This document shows positions 8,548-17,414 of a DNA stretch of 32,000 nt, piece by piece. Positions within the stretch are counted from its first letter, which is position 1. The number at the start of each line of letters is the position of its first letter. A model generated the notes under the pieces. That model searched no databases, had not been told where the DNA came from, and worked only from the letters and a program-made list of their open reading frames with translations. A program made the position numbers and the translations under genes. This stretch comes from Breznakia blatticola (GTDB lineage Bacteria > Bacillota_I > Bacilli_A > Erysipelotrichales > Erysipelotrichaceae). Where the stretch lies: NCBI RefSeq assembly GCF_004365815.1, contig NZ_SODD01000005.1, forward strand, positions 1 through 32,000, written 5' to 3'.

Positions 8548-11058
8548 ATGATGGGTAGAAAAGTGTTTTACAAAAAATCAATTTTAGTAGCAATGGTATG
8601 TTCTTTTTTGTGTACATTTTTTCTTGTGCGCATGAAGCAAGATGTCCTTGCATATGCTAATGAACGCGTATCTATAAAAGTAGATGATATGCGTTTTTTG
8701 TCGTCTTTGGATGAACATAAAGTATATGAGGATACATTATATCTTGATGATGTATATAAATTGCAAATTTATGCGACAGCAACAAATGTACATCCATTAG
8801 CAACAGATGAAACGTTCTCAATTGCATTTAGTAATTATGAGCAATTACAATTTTCATTTCAGCCAAATGAAGTGCTAGATGTACTGAATGTTGATGGTCA
8901 AATCGCAGGATCCTTTTCACTTAAACAGCTTGGTGAACAATTATTTATCGATGGGATTTTGTTTGAGCCAATAGCAAACGATGAAAAACTTGTATTCAAT
9001 ATTCCATATGAAATGCAATTGGATGCTAATGTACAAGATAAAGCGACCATTACGTTTGGATTTGATCAGTATTCAAAGACGTATGCAATTGATAGTAAAG
9101 ATGTTGATCCATTTGTGTCAAATCCAACGGATACAACAACACAGATTAGTGAAGTTTTTGTAAGTTACGACATTAACGGACAAGCTCCTCCAGCTGAATC
9201 AGCAACACCTGGTTCTGTCATTGAATATAAGATTGTAGCAACTAGTTTTCGGGATGGAATCGTGCGACTTCGATTTAAAGATGAAATGCCATTGTTAGAT
9301 AATACAACAGGTTTTGGTGAGCTATTGGAAGATCCGTATAGTTCATTAAGTTTAGGCGATGATACAATTCGCATTCGGATTTACACTCCTGGAGTTAGTG
9401 GGTATCAAGAAAAATTAGCATCATTTAAAGATTTGCAAAATGGTGATATTTCTTTAACGATGAGCAAATATGTATCAATAGAAATTTCGTATACATTGTA
9501 CATGCGTAATCTAGATGATATTGCTGTAGATGGAGAGTTTTACGGAGATTACAATCGTGAAATGAATAGTAGTGTGCTTGTTGAAGAGTTGAATGGAACG
9601 AGTGTTATAGATGCTTATGTTGCGACAAATGGAATTGAAATCCAAATGCCTGTACCTGTATCAAAACTAGTGATCAGTGATCACAACCAAAATGGAATCG
9701 GTGAACCAAATGAATTTATTACATTTTGTTTGCAAAGTGAAAACATTGGTGAAATTGATATGGAACGGCAAAAGGTAGAGATGTATTTTGTAGAAAACTT
9801 AAAGTACTTTGTTGACCCAAATCTCGTAGCTGTTGATGTTTATTATGATAATCAGAAAGTTGAACGATCCTACACTTTAGATGATTTAATAAATGGTCGA
9901 TTTAATGAACACTTGAATGCAAACCAAAAATTTGAAGCAAAGTTTACACTACAGTTAAAAAATGAAGCGGAATTGACAGCATTAGGGGTTAGTTCTACTT
10001 CCGTGTTGCGCAGTGCGGGAACTGTCGGAAACTCTTTTGTATATACACAACTTGCTTTAGGTGGACAACTGTCAATAGATGGCCGTGTCGAGAAGTTGAG
10101 CTTTGTAAGCAATAATGATGGTATTATTCGACCTGGTGATTATATGCAATATACAATTGATGTAAAAAACACAAGTTTGCAAACCTTGAACAATGTTCCA
10201 TTTCGTATGTATTTCCAAGATAATCGTGAATATATTGATTTTACTGCTACTACTCAATACAGTGGGTATCTAAATATAAAAAGCAATTTGAATGGAACAA
10301 CACAAAAGAATATAGCTAGTTTGTGGAATGAATCGAATCCCCTTCTATTAAATATGCAGCCCGGTGAAAAAATAACAATACAGTTTGTACTTGTGACACA
10401 TGAGATTGTTACAGATTATGGATATAACCTAGATAAACTAAAAAATGTAATGCACAACAAATTTGATGCAACTTTTACAGTACAATCTAATGCAACTTAT
10501 CAAACGTTTGTTTCGATTCCAATGGATAAACCGAACTTAAAAGTGGATTTAATAATTGTTGATCCAAATAATAATAAAGTGTTGGAACCGGATGAAACAT
10601 TTACTTTTCACTTTATTGTGCAAAATAATGATGCTGCAAGAAAACGAGTTCCAATCATTGCATATCTTGAGGATCTTCGACCATATGCTAATTCCTTTGT
10701 TTTGAATCAAATAATGATATATGAGTATACACCTTCTGAGATAAAGGAAAATGGATTCTATAGAATTAGAGAGTTAATTTCAGGTATTGATGCATTTTAT
10801 CTAGAATCTAATTATAAAATGCATATAACTTTTTCCATTCGATTTCTGGATAATAAAGCATTGATCGATGGACTTAATTTAGATGTGATTGTGGAAGCAA
10901 ACGGAATTAGAAAAAATGAAGAAGTATTAACATATGTTCCAATACCAGTAACTGGCTTTGATAACAGACAAAATTATTTATTGTGGCTTATCATTTGTCC
11001 AATAAGTATTGGAGTATCTTATGGAACATATAAATATCGGAAGTGGAGGAAAGGATGA
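8548..11058 (+). CDS. Large cell-surface repeat protein, putative pilus tip adhesin (four DUF11/CARDB-like modules, C-terminal cell-wall sorting signal)
   Basis: Signal peptide MMGRKVFYKKSILVAMVCSFLCTFFLV...AYA. Four modules of about 150 aa share PG(D/E)-x-alternating-hydrophobic-x-N motifs (near nt 9208, 9700, 10132, 10585). The C-terminus is IPVTG + hydrophobic stretch + YKYRKWRKG. Confidence 0.75.
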   Translation: MMGRKVFYKKSILVAMVCSFLCTFFLVRMKQDVLAYANERVSIKVDDMRFLSSLDEHKVYEDTLYLDDVYKLQIYATATNVHPLATDETFSIAFSNYEQLQFSFQPNEVLDVLNVDGQIAGSFSLKQLGEQLFIDGILFEPIANDEKLVFNIPYEMQLDANVQDKATITFGFDQYSKTYAIDSKDVDPFVSNPTDTTTQISEVFVSYDINGQAPPAESATPGSVIEYKIVATSFRDGIVRLRFKDEMPLLDNTTGFGELLEDPYSSLSLGDDTIRIRIYTPGVSGYQEKLASFKDLQNGDISLTMSKYVSIEISYTLYMRNLDDIAVDGEFYGDYNREMNSSVLVEELNGTSVIDAYVATNGIEIQMPVPVSKLVISDHNQNGIGEPNEFITFCLQSENIGEIDMERQKVEMYFVENLKYFVDPNLVAVDVYYDNQKVERSYTLDDLINGRFNEHLNANQKFEAKFTLQLKNEAELTALGVSSTSVLRSAGTVGNSFVYTQLALGGQLSIDGRVEKLSFVSNNDGIIRPGDYMQYTIDVKNTSLQTLNNVPFRMYFQDNREYIDFTATTQYSGYLNIKSNLNGTTQKNIASLWNESNPLLLNMQPGEKITIQFVLVTHEIVTDYGYNLDKLKNVMHNKFDATFTVQSNATYQTFVSIPMDKPNLKVDLIIVDPNNNKVLEPDETFTFHFIVQNNDAARKRVPIIAYLEDLRPYANSFVLNQIMIYEYTPSEIKENGFYRIRELISGIDAFYLESNYKMHITFSIRFLDNKALIDGLNLDVIVEANGIRKNEEVLTYVPIPVTGFDNRQNYLLWLIICPISIGVSYGTYKYRKWRKG

Positions 11059-11594
11059 TAGAAAACTTAAAAAATAAATCTGTGGAGAAAAAAGACAAAC
11101 ACGCCACGTTAAGAAAAGAAGGTTTGCACTTACTTGCGAAAATCGCAATTGTTGGAGTTGTTGGATTCATGATTTTTACTTTTATTTTTGGAGGATACAA
11201 AGTAAAAGATTATATGATGGATCCTTACATTTCGTACGGAGACTTCGTTTTGTATTACCGAATGGAAAATGATTTACGCGCAGGAGATGTCGTAGCTTTG
11301 CAAAAAGATGATGAAAAACAAGTAAGAAGAATTATTGCTGGGGCAGGAGATACAGTGGATATAACTGAAGAAGGTTTACATATCAATGGTGCCTTGCAGT
11401 TTGAACCAAATATTACACATCAAACCCTTCCGTATGAGAAAGGGATACGCTTTCCAATCACACTAAAAGAAGACGAATGGTTTGTGCTTGCGGACAATCG
11501 TCAAGATGCTCTAGATAGTCGTGTATATGGAATCGTGAGAACAAACGAAATTGATGGAAAAGTAATTACTTTGGTTCGAAGAAATATGATATAG
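11055..11594 (+). CDS. SipA/LepA-like signal peptidase I homolog lacking the catalytic Ser/Lys dyad (pilus assembly chaperone type)
   Basis: ATGA overlap with the adhesin stop; GGAGGAAAGG SD. SPase I boxes are recognisable but substituted: box B DYMMDPYISYGD (Ser position is Met54), box D VRRIIAGAGD (Lys position is Arg91), box E ADNRQDALDSR. Confidence 0.8.
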   Translation: MIENLKNKSVEKKDKHATLRKEGLHLLAKIAIVGVVGFMIFTFIFGGYKVKDYMMDPYISYGDFVLYYRMENDLRAGDVVALQKDDEKQVRRIIAGAGDTVDITEEGLHINGALQFEPNITHQTLPYEKGIRFPITLKEDEWFVLADNRQDALDSRVYGIVRTNEIDGKVITLVRRNMI

Positions 11595-11609
11595 AGGAGA
11601 AAGAGAAAG

Positions 11610-12818
11610 ATGAAACAGAAAAGTAGTAGAAGATGGAAAAGTTTAAGTTTAGTGTTGTTGTTATGTATGACAATTATAGGAACAACAAAAGTTGGTGTAT
11701 TAAGAGCAGATGTAGTTGAAACAGTAGATCCTGTTATTACAAGTCGTTTGCTGGTGGCAGATGGAATTACAATTCCAAATGTGAAATTTAAATATGAATT
11801 TCATGCGACAGGATATAACGATACAACAGATGTATCAAATACACCTAATATCAATAGTGTTTTTATTTCAATGACTGATAATGAAAAACAATTAGATACC
11901 ACAAACGGGGGTTACGTTATTGAAAAAAGTGTAGCAGTTCCAAAACCAACTGGTTTTACAAAACCTGGGGTATATACATATACAATTAATGAAGCAATTG
12001 GTACGTATAATGATGCAACAGGAATCATGAATGAAGTAAAAGGTATGACTTTTGATCCTTCAATCTATGAAATGCGCGTATATGTAAAACTAGTAAATGG
12101 AAGTTTTCAAATTGATACAATCACAATTGAAAAAGATAATGAAAAAGTTGATGGAAGTGCAACAGAAAAAGGATTGCTATTTACAAATGTATTAAAAAAG
12201 GTTGCAGGATCAGATGAACAAGAAGTAGATGAAACAGGAAGGTTAGTTTCTTTCTCGGTAGAGAAAAGGGTTACTGGTGAGTACGGAGATTTAAGTAAAG
12301 AATTCGAGTTTAACTTTGCAATTGGTACATCACCTACAGAAACAGAAAGTAAAAATTATACATATTATATTGTGGATATGTTAAACAATGGAGCAAAAGT
12401 TAGTTCAGATGAATTATTTGTGTTAACACCTAACGGAAAAACTTCACTCTCTGTAAATCTAAAACATGGGCAACGTGTCGTATTCTTAGAATTACCTGCT
12501 GGAACAACGGTTAGCGCAACAGAAACGCATGATGCTAAATATACTGGTTCATATGATATTACACAAAATGGTGTAGAAATCACAGGTAAAAATACCCTTG
12601 TTGGAAGTGGTTCAAAAGATCTATATATTTCATACTATGATGATATAAATAAGCCAACTGTACTTGGAGAAAATGCAAATAAAGCACTTGTAACAAACAC
12701 ACATGTTGAAGTGAACTTCACTGGATTTGTCGTTGACAGCTTTCCATTTATTGTATTAATCGTAGTTGGTTCAATCGGACTATATATGGCATTACGTAAA
12801 AAACGTACAAGTCACTAA
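11610..12818 (+). CDS. Backbone (major) pilin candidate, T-antigen/FctA-like fold
   Basis: Signal peptide, FTKPGVYTYTINE motif typical of isopeptide-stabilised pilin D2 domains. The C-terminal sorting signal is VNFTG + FVVDSFPFIVLIVVGSIGLYMAL + RKKRTSH. Confidence 0.75.
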   Translation: MKQKSSRRWKSLSLVLLLCMTIIGTTKVGVLRADVVETVDPVITSRLLVADGITIPNVKFKYEFHATGYNDTTDVSNTPNINSVFISMTDNEKQLDTTNGGYVIEKSVAVPKPTGFTKPGVYTYTINEAIGTYNDATGIMNEVKGMTFDPSIYEMRVYVKLVNGSFQIDTITIEKDNEKVDGSATEKGLLFTNVLKKVAGSDEQEVDETGRLVSFSVEKRVTGEYGDLSKEFEFNFAIGTSPTETESKNYTYYIVDMLNNGAKVSSDELFVLTPNGKTSLSVNLKHGQRVVFLELPAGTTVSATETHDAKYTGSYDITQNGVEITGKNTLVGSGSKDLYISYYDDINKPTVLGENANKALVTNTHVEVNFTGFVVDSFPFIVLIVVGSIGLYMALRKKRTSH

Positions 12819-12834
12819 GGAAATATAATTACTC

Positions 12835-13785
12835 ATGCAAGAAAAGAAAGGATATATTGATTTTTGGATACTTGTTGTACGGTTTATGCATAAACTAATG
12901 AATCGAATCATCATTCTCCTATGTATTTTGATGATAGCGTATGGTACATATGCGATGTGGGACAACAACAAGACAACTATCGCTGCATCAACAAAACAAT
13001 ATAAAATCTATAAACCAAGAACTGATAGTCATGTATCCTTTGATGAATTGATTGCAAAAAACAACGATGTATTTGCATGGTTGTCCATTGATGGAACTGC
13101 TATTGATTATCCAGTAGTTCAAGGCAATAATAACAGCAAGTACATGAAGACAAATCCATTAGGTGAACCTTCACCTAGTGGGGCTATCTTTTTAGATGCT
13201 AGAAATAGCAAAGATTTTCAAGATTTTAATAGTATTATTTATGGACATCATATGAATAAAAATGCGATGTTTGGACAACTTCATACCTTTACACAACAAG
13301 AAGTTTTTCAAAAGAATGCAACAGGTTCATTATTCTATAAAGATACGACTTACGCGCTTGATGTTGTGGGAATCTTAAAAGCAGATGCGTATGATATGGA
13401 TGTATATCAACCAGCAATCAAGCAAGATTATAAAAAAGCACAGTATGTAGATTACTTGCAAAGTAAGGCTGTACATTGGAGAGATACAGCGATTCAAACG
13501 GATGATCGTATTTTATTGCTTAGCACATGTTCAAATGATACAACCAATGGACGCTACATTTTAGTGGCAAAAATTTCAGATGAAATAGTACATCCAAGTA
13601 TAGGTAATCAACAAATAATCGATACCAAACCAACAGTCAAGACAAATGGGCATTGTTTATGGATAATTGTTGGAATAATGATGTTGATTATCATCTTCGT
13701 TGGAGTGTTGTTACTATGGGTAAGTAAACACAAAAAGAAAGAAGCAAACAAGGAAGATATAGATACCAATTCCGATTCTTTATAG
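12835..13785 (+). CDS. Pilin-specific sortase (class B-like catalytic domain with a C-terminal TM anchor)
   Basis: N-terminal TM, DYPVVQGNNNSKYM and IIYGHHM (His), LLLSTCS (Cys, TGT at 13528-13530), NGRYILVAK (Arg). Extra C-terminal TM LWIIVGIMMLIIIFVGVLLLW. Confidence 0.9.
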   Translation: MQEKKGYIDFWILVVRFMHKLMNRIIILLCILMIAYGTYAMWDNNKTTIAASTKQYKIYKPRTDSHVSFDELIAKNNDVFAWLSIDGTAIDYPVVQGNNNSKYMKTNPLGEPSPSGAIFLDARNSKDFQDFNSIIYGHHMNKNAMFGQLHTFTQQEVFQKNATGSLFYKDTTYALDVVGILKADAYDMDVYQPAIKQDYKKAQYVDYLQSKAVHWRDTAIQTDDRILLLSTCSNDTTNGRYILVAKISDEIVHPSIGNQQIIDTKPTVKTNGHCLWIIVGIMMLIIIFVGVLLLWVSKHKKKEANKEDIDTNSDSL

Positions 13786-14154
13786 ATAACAATATAAGTT
13801 ATATTGTTATTGAAATAAAAAGTACAAATACTTTATATAAAAAGACAAGCACAATATGAAAAAATATTGTATAATACCTCATGGTAGGAAGTACTAACAT
13901 AATATGTAGTATGGATGCTGTGTAACAAAGGTATGGAATTGTAAGGTAAGTGAAGACTTGCAAAGCCATGTTTGCGTAAAAAATCAGATATCGATTGCGT
14001 GCTATTGGAGAGAGCAGTAATCCTATGATATCTACATTATGCAAAAGAGAAAGAATAAATGAGATTGGATATAACAAATTAGGGTGTAAAGCGGAAGTCG
14101 GATATGATATGGTGACTTTACTTGCCTTAGGTATAACATACAAATCTCATGAAC

Positions 14155-14184
14155 AAAGATGATTCCAACGAGTCATCTTTTTTT
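14155..14184 (+). terminator. Strong intrinsic terminator inside the pilus island
   Basis: 11-bp stem AAAGATGATTC (14155-14165) / GAGTCATCTTT (14170-14180) with one G-U pair, loop CAAC, then TTTT. No annotated + strand gene ends here (see findings). Confidence 0.8.
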
Positions 14185-14286
14185 CGTTTGAATGAGTTGT
14201 TTAATTATTTGTGTAATGATACCATTCTACTGTATAAATAATAATTGTGTGTGAAAGAATAAGACAGGGAGCATAATATACGTAGA

Positions 14287-16416
14287 ATGAAACTAGAAAA
14301 TAAGAAAAAGCATTACTGGAAATTGGATCTCAAATCGCAAAAGCTCCGTTTATTTTTGATGGTCCTTTTTTTAGTATCTCTTGGATTTAGCATGATTCAA
14401 ATTGAACACAAATTTCAAACGCCAAATCATTATATTGAAACACGAAGAGTAAATAATCAAATAAGCCAAGTTTCGCATATAAGTACATATGATTATCAAA
14501 ATCCAATTGCCATTGGTAGTGATGTGGATTACAAACGCTCCATCAATCGTGGTTTATCAAGACTCGACGAAGGAGAAGCAATCGCTAAAAAATACGCCGT
14601 TATTGCTTCAGATGAAGATGGAAAAAACGGAATTATCAAATCCATTTATGATGTAGTCGGAAAACCAGTGACGTACCAACAGGATGTACTTTTCGTACTT
14701 GACAGCTCAAGTTCTATGAATATGTATGCACAACAAGCTTACGCAGCACAAACCATTCATTGTTTACATGATGAACATTATTATAAAATTCCTGCACGTA
14801 CATTTATTAATACAAGCAATAAAGACATTTACTTTCAGCCAAACAAATTCTTTGGTTTATTGATCTGGTCAAACATTTCCCAACAACAGTGGGAGAATTT
14901 CACAAATACATACAATTTAAAAAATACAGAAGTAACCCAGCAGATGATTGAAGCATGGAATCCAGTGGTACATCATTATAAAAAAGAAGATACGAAATAT
15001 GTTCATATCAAAGCGGATGCAAAACAACTTAAAAACCATGCGTTTGCTAGTCCACAAAGCCATGTAGATGGTTGTACAGATCGATTATCGATTGCGAAGT
15101 CTTCGATTCAGTCGCTCACTCGAAGTATGTTGAAAGCAAGTGAGGGAAATCAAATAGGGTTTGTTTCTTTTTCTGGAACACATACGGATTACACGGCTTT
15201 TACAAATGAATATGCAACAATTATTGAAGGAATTCATAATACAAAAAGTGATGTAGAAGGAAACACAGATGCACTTTTTTCTTATGTTGAAAAGATTGTA
15301 AATGAAAGAAAACAACAAAGGGAAAGTGTACCAATGAAAATCATTTTGATTTCAGATGGAGCATCTACTCATGATCAAACATCACTACCCATCATCAACC
15401 GTATAAAAATGTTAGATGATGTCGAGATATTTGCAACAGGTATTCATGTTGAAAATGATACTGTATTACGTGCATTCGCTTCTGATGAAACACATTTTAT
15501 GAATGCAACAAGTGAAAATCACTTTGTTGAATACTTTAAGAGTTTGACTACAGAGTTAGTTACAAGACCTGAAGTGAATTTAACTTTTACACTATCTGAA
15601 GCATTTACTATATATTGTGATATTACACACCCAATTACCATTGGTGACAAACAATATACTGGTATTGATCAAGTCCCAAGTTCATTGTTAGAAATATCAA
15701 AAGATGCAAAAGCATATCAGTGGAATATTGGAGCGATTGGTTTAGATGGTCAACGGCTATCTTTTTACACAAAGATGGATGAAGACATACGATACACCAC
15801 AACAGGTACGCACAATTATTCAACAACAGATAAAGCACAACTAAATTACAGGGAATTACTTGCAAGTGTTGATGGCATAGCTAGTGGAAATCAAATTATG
15901 ATGCCACTATATCAATTGCGAGAAGTATCTGTATTAAATAGTCAGCTCGAAACAAAAAAGCGAATAAAGAAAATCGATGGCAATACTATTACCTATCAAA
16001 TAGATGTTTATAACAATGGTTCGATGGATTTACGTAATATTGTGTTAGTGGAATTCTTAGAAGATAACATTACATATGTTAATGACGAAAAAAATACAAG
16101 TGAAAAACGATATGTGAATTTTAAAATTGATGAACTAGCAGCGGGTAAACATGCAATCATTACTTATGAAGCTATTGTTGATAATGATACACTTGATATA
16201 TCAACGCAAGCGAATATTGAAATTCGAAGTTATGAAGCACATAGTAAGGCAAGTCGTGCAAAGGATGTACTCATGTCACAAGAATACTTATATCGTGAGC
16301 ATAGTTCGAATACATATATGGCTGAGTTTTGCGGTTTTATAACTGTTGCACTTGGTTTATTGTTGCTACGCTTGCGTAAAATTCGAAAGCGAGCAAATAC
16401 TACAAAAAGCAGTTAA
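14287..16416 (+). CDS. von Willebrand factor A domain surface protein with a DUF11-like module and C-terminal anchor (ancillary pilin/adhesin candidate)
   Basis: N-terminal TM/signal. MIDAS DxSxS in VLFVLDSSSSMN (14701-14715); ILISDGAST; DUF11-like GNTITYQIDVYNNGSMDLRNIVLVEFL (15979-). The C-terminus is AEFCG + FITVALGLLLL + RLRKIRKR. The SD for ATG 14287 is poor, so the start is uncertain. Confidence 0.8.
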   Translation: MKLENKKKHYWKLDLKSQKLRLFLMVLFLVSLGFSMIQIEHKFQTPNHYIETRRVNNQISQVSHISTYDYQNPIAIGSDVDYKRSINRGLSRLDEGEAIAKKYAVIASDEDGKNGIIKSIYDVVGKPVTYQQDVLFVLDSSSSMNMYAQQAYAAQTIHCLHDEHYYKIPARTFINTSNKDIYFQPNKFFGLLIWSNISQQQWENFTNTYNLKNTEVTQQMIEAWNPVVHHYKKEDTKYVHIKADAKQLKNHAFASPQSHVDGCTDRLSIAKSSIQSLTRSMLKASEGNQIGFVSFSGTHTDYTAFTNEYATIIEGIHNTKSDVEGNTDALFSYVEKIVNERKQQRESVPMKIILISDGASTHDQTSLPIINRIKMLDDVEIFATGIHVENDTVLRAFASDETHFMNATSENHFVEYFKSLTTELVTRPEVNLTFTLSEAFTIYCDITHPITIGDKQYTGIDQVPSSLLEISKDAKAYQWNIGAIGLDGQRLSFYTKMDEDIRYTTTGTHNYSTTDKAQLNYRELLASVDGIASGNQIMMPLYQLREVSVLNSQLETKKRIKKIDGNTITYQIDVYNNGSMDLRNIVLVEFLEDNITYVNDEKNTSEKRYVNFKIDELAAGKHAIITYEAIVDNDTLDISTQANIEIRSYEAHSKASRAKDVLMSQEYLYREHSSNTYMAEFCGFITVALGLLLLRLRKIRKRANTTKSS

Positions 16417-16422
16417 AATTAC

Positions 16423-16448
16423 GACACCAAAATCACTGGTGTCTTTTT
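16423..16448 (+). terminator. Intrinsic terminator after the vWA gene
   Basis: Stem GACACCA (16423-16429) / TGGTGTC (16437-16443), then TTTTT. Confidence 0.8.
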
Positions 16449-16652
16449 CATTTATCTAAAATCTTCATATGGAAATGGTAAAGAACAAAGAAAATAGGTT
16501 AATTATGGACTATAAGGATACATTTTATGCATTTTATAAGAAAAGTCCGTTAAATTAACGCGCAAAAGTTGTTTATCAATGGTATACTAATAAATGATAG
16601 TAATTTTCAATAATCTATGTTATAGAGTTGAAAAGTATAAGGGGTAATAATA

Positions 16653-17396
16653 ATGAAAGATGACATTAATCTAGCTTTATTGATTGACGCAGATAACGTA
16701 TCGGCAAAGTATATTGGTTATATCATGGAAGAGATTCCGAATTATGGTTTACCAACGCATAAGCGAATCTATGGTGATTGGACAGACTCGCATATGAACA
16801 AGTGGAAAGATGTTCTATTGGAATATTCGATTCAACCGATTCAACAGTATTCATATACCGTTGGAAAAAACGCGACAGATTCTGCACTCATCATTGATGC
16901 AATGGATATTTTGTATGAAGATAAAGTTGATGGATTTTGTATTATAAGTAGTGATAGTGATTTTACTAGACTTGCTGCACGTTTACGTGAAGCTGGTAAA
17001 ATCGTTATTGGAGTTGGAGAAAAGAAAACTCCTAGACCATTCATCGTCGCATGTGAAAAGTTTATATATTTAGAAACGTTATCAAGTTCACATGAAGCAA
17101 ATGATGAGGTCACTCAAAAGCGCATTGTAAGTAGCCAGGATGATATTCGTTGGTTAACAAAACAAGTTCGTGCTATTATTAAAGATATTTCAGATGATGA
17201 TGGTTGGGCTAACATGTCATCTCTGGGAAATATGTTAAGTAAGAGATTCCCTGATTTTGATACACGGAATTATGGGTACTCGAAGTTAACACCGTTGATC
17301 CAGTCGCTAACGAGTTTTGAAATTCAATCCATACGAGCAAAAGACTCGCATGTTGAACACAAGCTTGTTCGCTACAAGGGAAAACGAAGTAAATAG
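16653..17396 (+). CDS. NYN (PIN-like, LabA/DUF88) domain protein with C-terminal OST-HTH/LOTUS domain
   Basis: LALLIDADNVS ... KRIYGDW ... DSALIIDAMD ... FCIISSDSDFTRLAARLREAGKIVIGVG is the NYN signature. The C-terminal WANMSSLGNMLSKRFPDFDTRNYGYSKLTPLIQSL is LOTUS-like. Confidence 0.85.
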   Translation: MKDDINLALLIDADNVSAKYIGYIMEEIPNYGLPTHKRIYGDWTDSHMNKWKDVLLEYSIQPIQQYSYTVGKNATDSALIIDAMDILYEDKVDGFCIISSDSDFTRLAARLREAGKIVIGVGEKKTPRPFIVACEKFIYLETLSSSHEANDEVTQKRIVSSQDDIRWLTKQVRAIIKDISDDDGWANMSSLGNMLSKRFPDFDTRNYGYSKLTPLIQSLTSFEIQSIRAKDSHVEHKLVRYKGKRSK

Positions 17397-17414
17397 AAGT
17401 TAGAGGGCGATACT

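Noticed and set aside
9700-9760. Possible thioester-domain motif F-C-L-Q in the adhesin (Cpa-like Cys-Gln thioester)
   Set aside because: The Cys sits inside one copy of the DUF11-like repeat, at a position occupied by ordinary hydrophobic residues in the other three copies. I found no downstream Gln-x-x-x-Trp type partner motif, so there is no support for a thioester domain.
13799-14143. 114-aa minus-strand ORF in the sortase-vWA intergenic region
   Set aside because: No SD upstream of its ATG, and the translation is a low-complexity hydrophobic string typical of AT-rich non-coding DNA. The same DNA carries a coherent + strand promoter/hairpin/sORF/terminator arrangement.
16503-16553. 16-codon ORF MDYKDTFYAFYKKSPL upstream of the NYN gene
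   Set aside because: No SD and no associated structure, so this is likely chance in AT-rich DNA.
8335-16652. Pilus island as a discrete mobile element
   Set aside because: I found no integrase or recombinase, no flanking direct repeats and no tRNA at either edge. Accessory status is inferred only from gene content.
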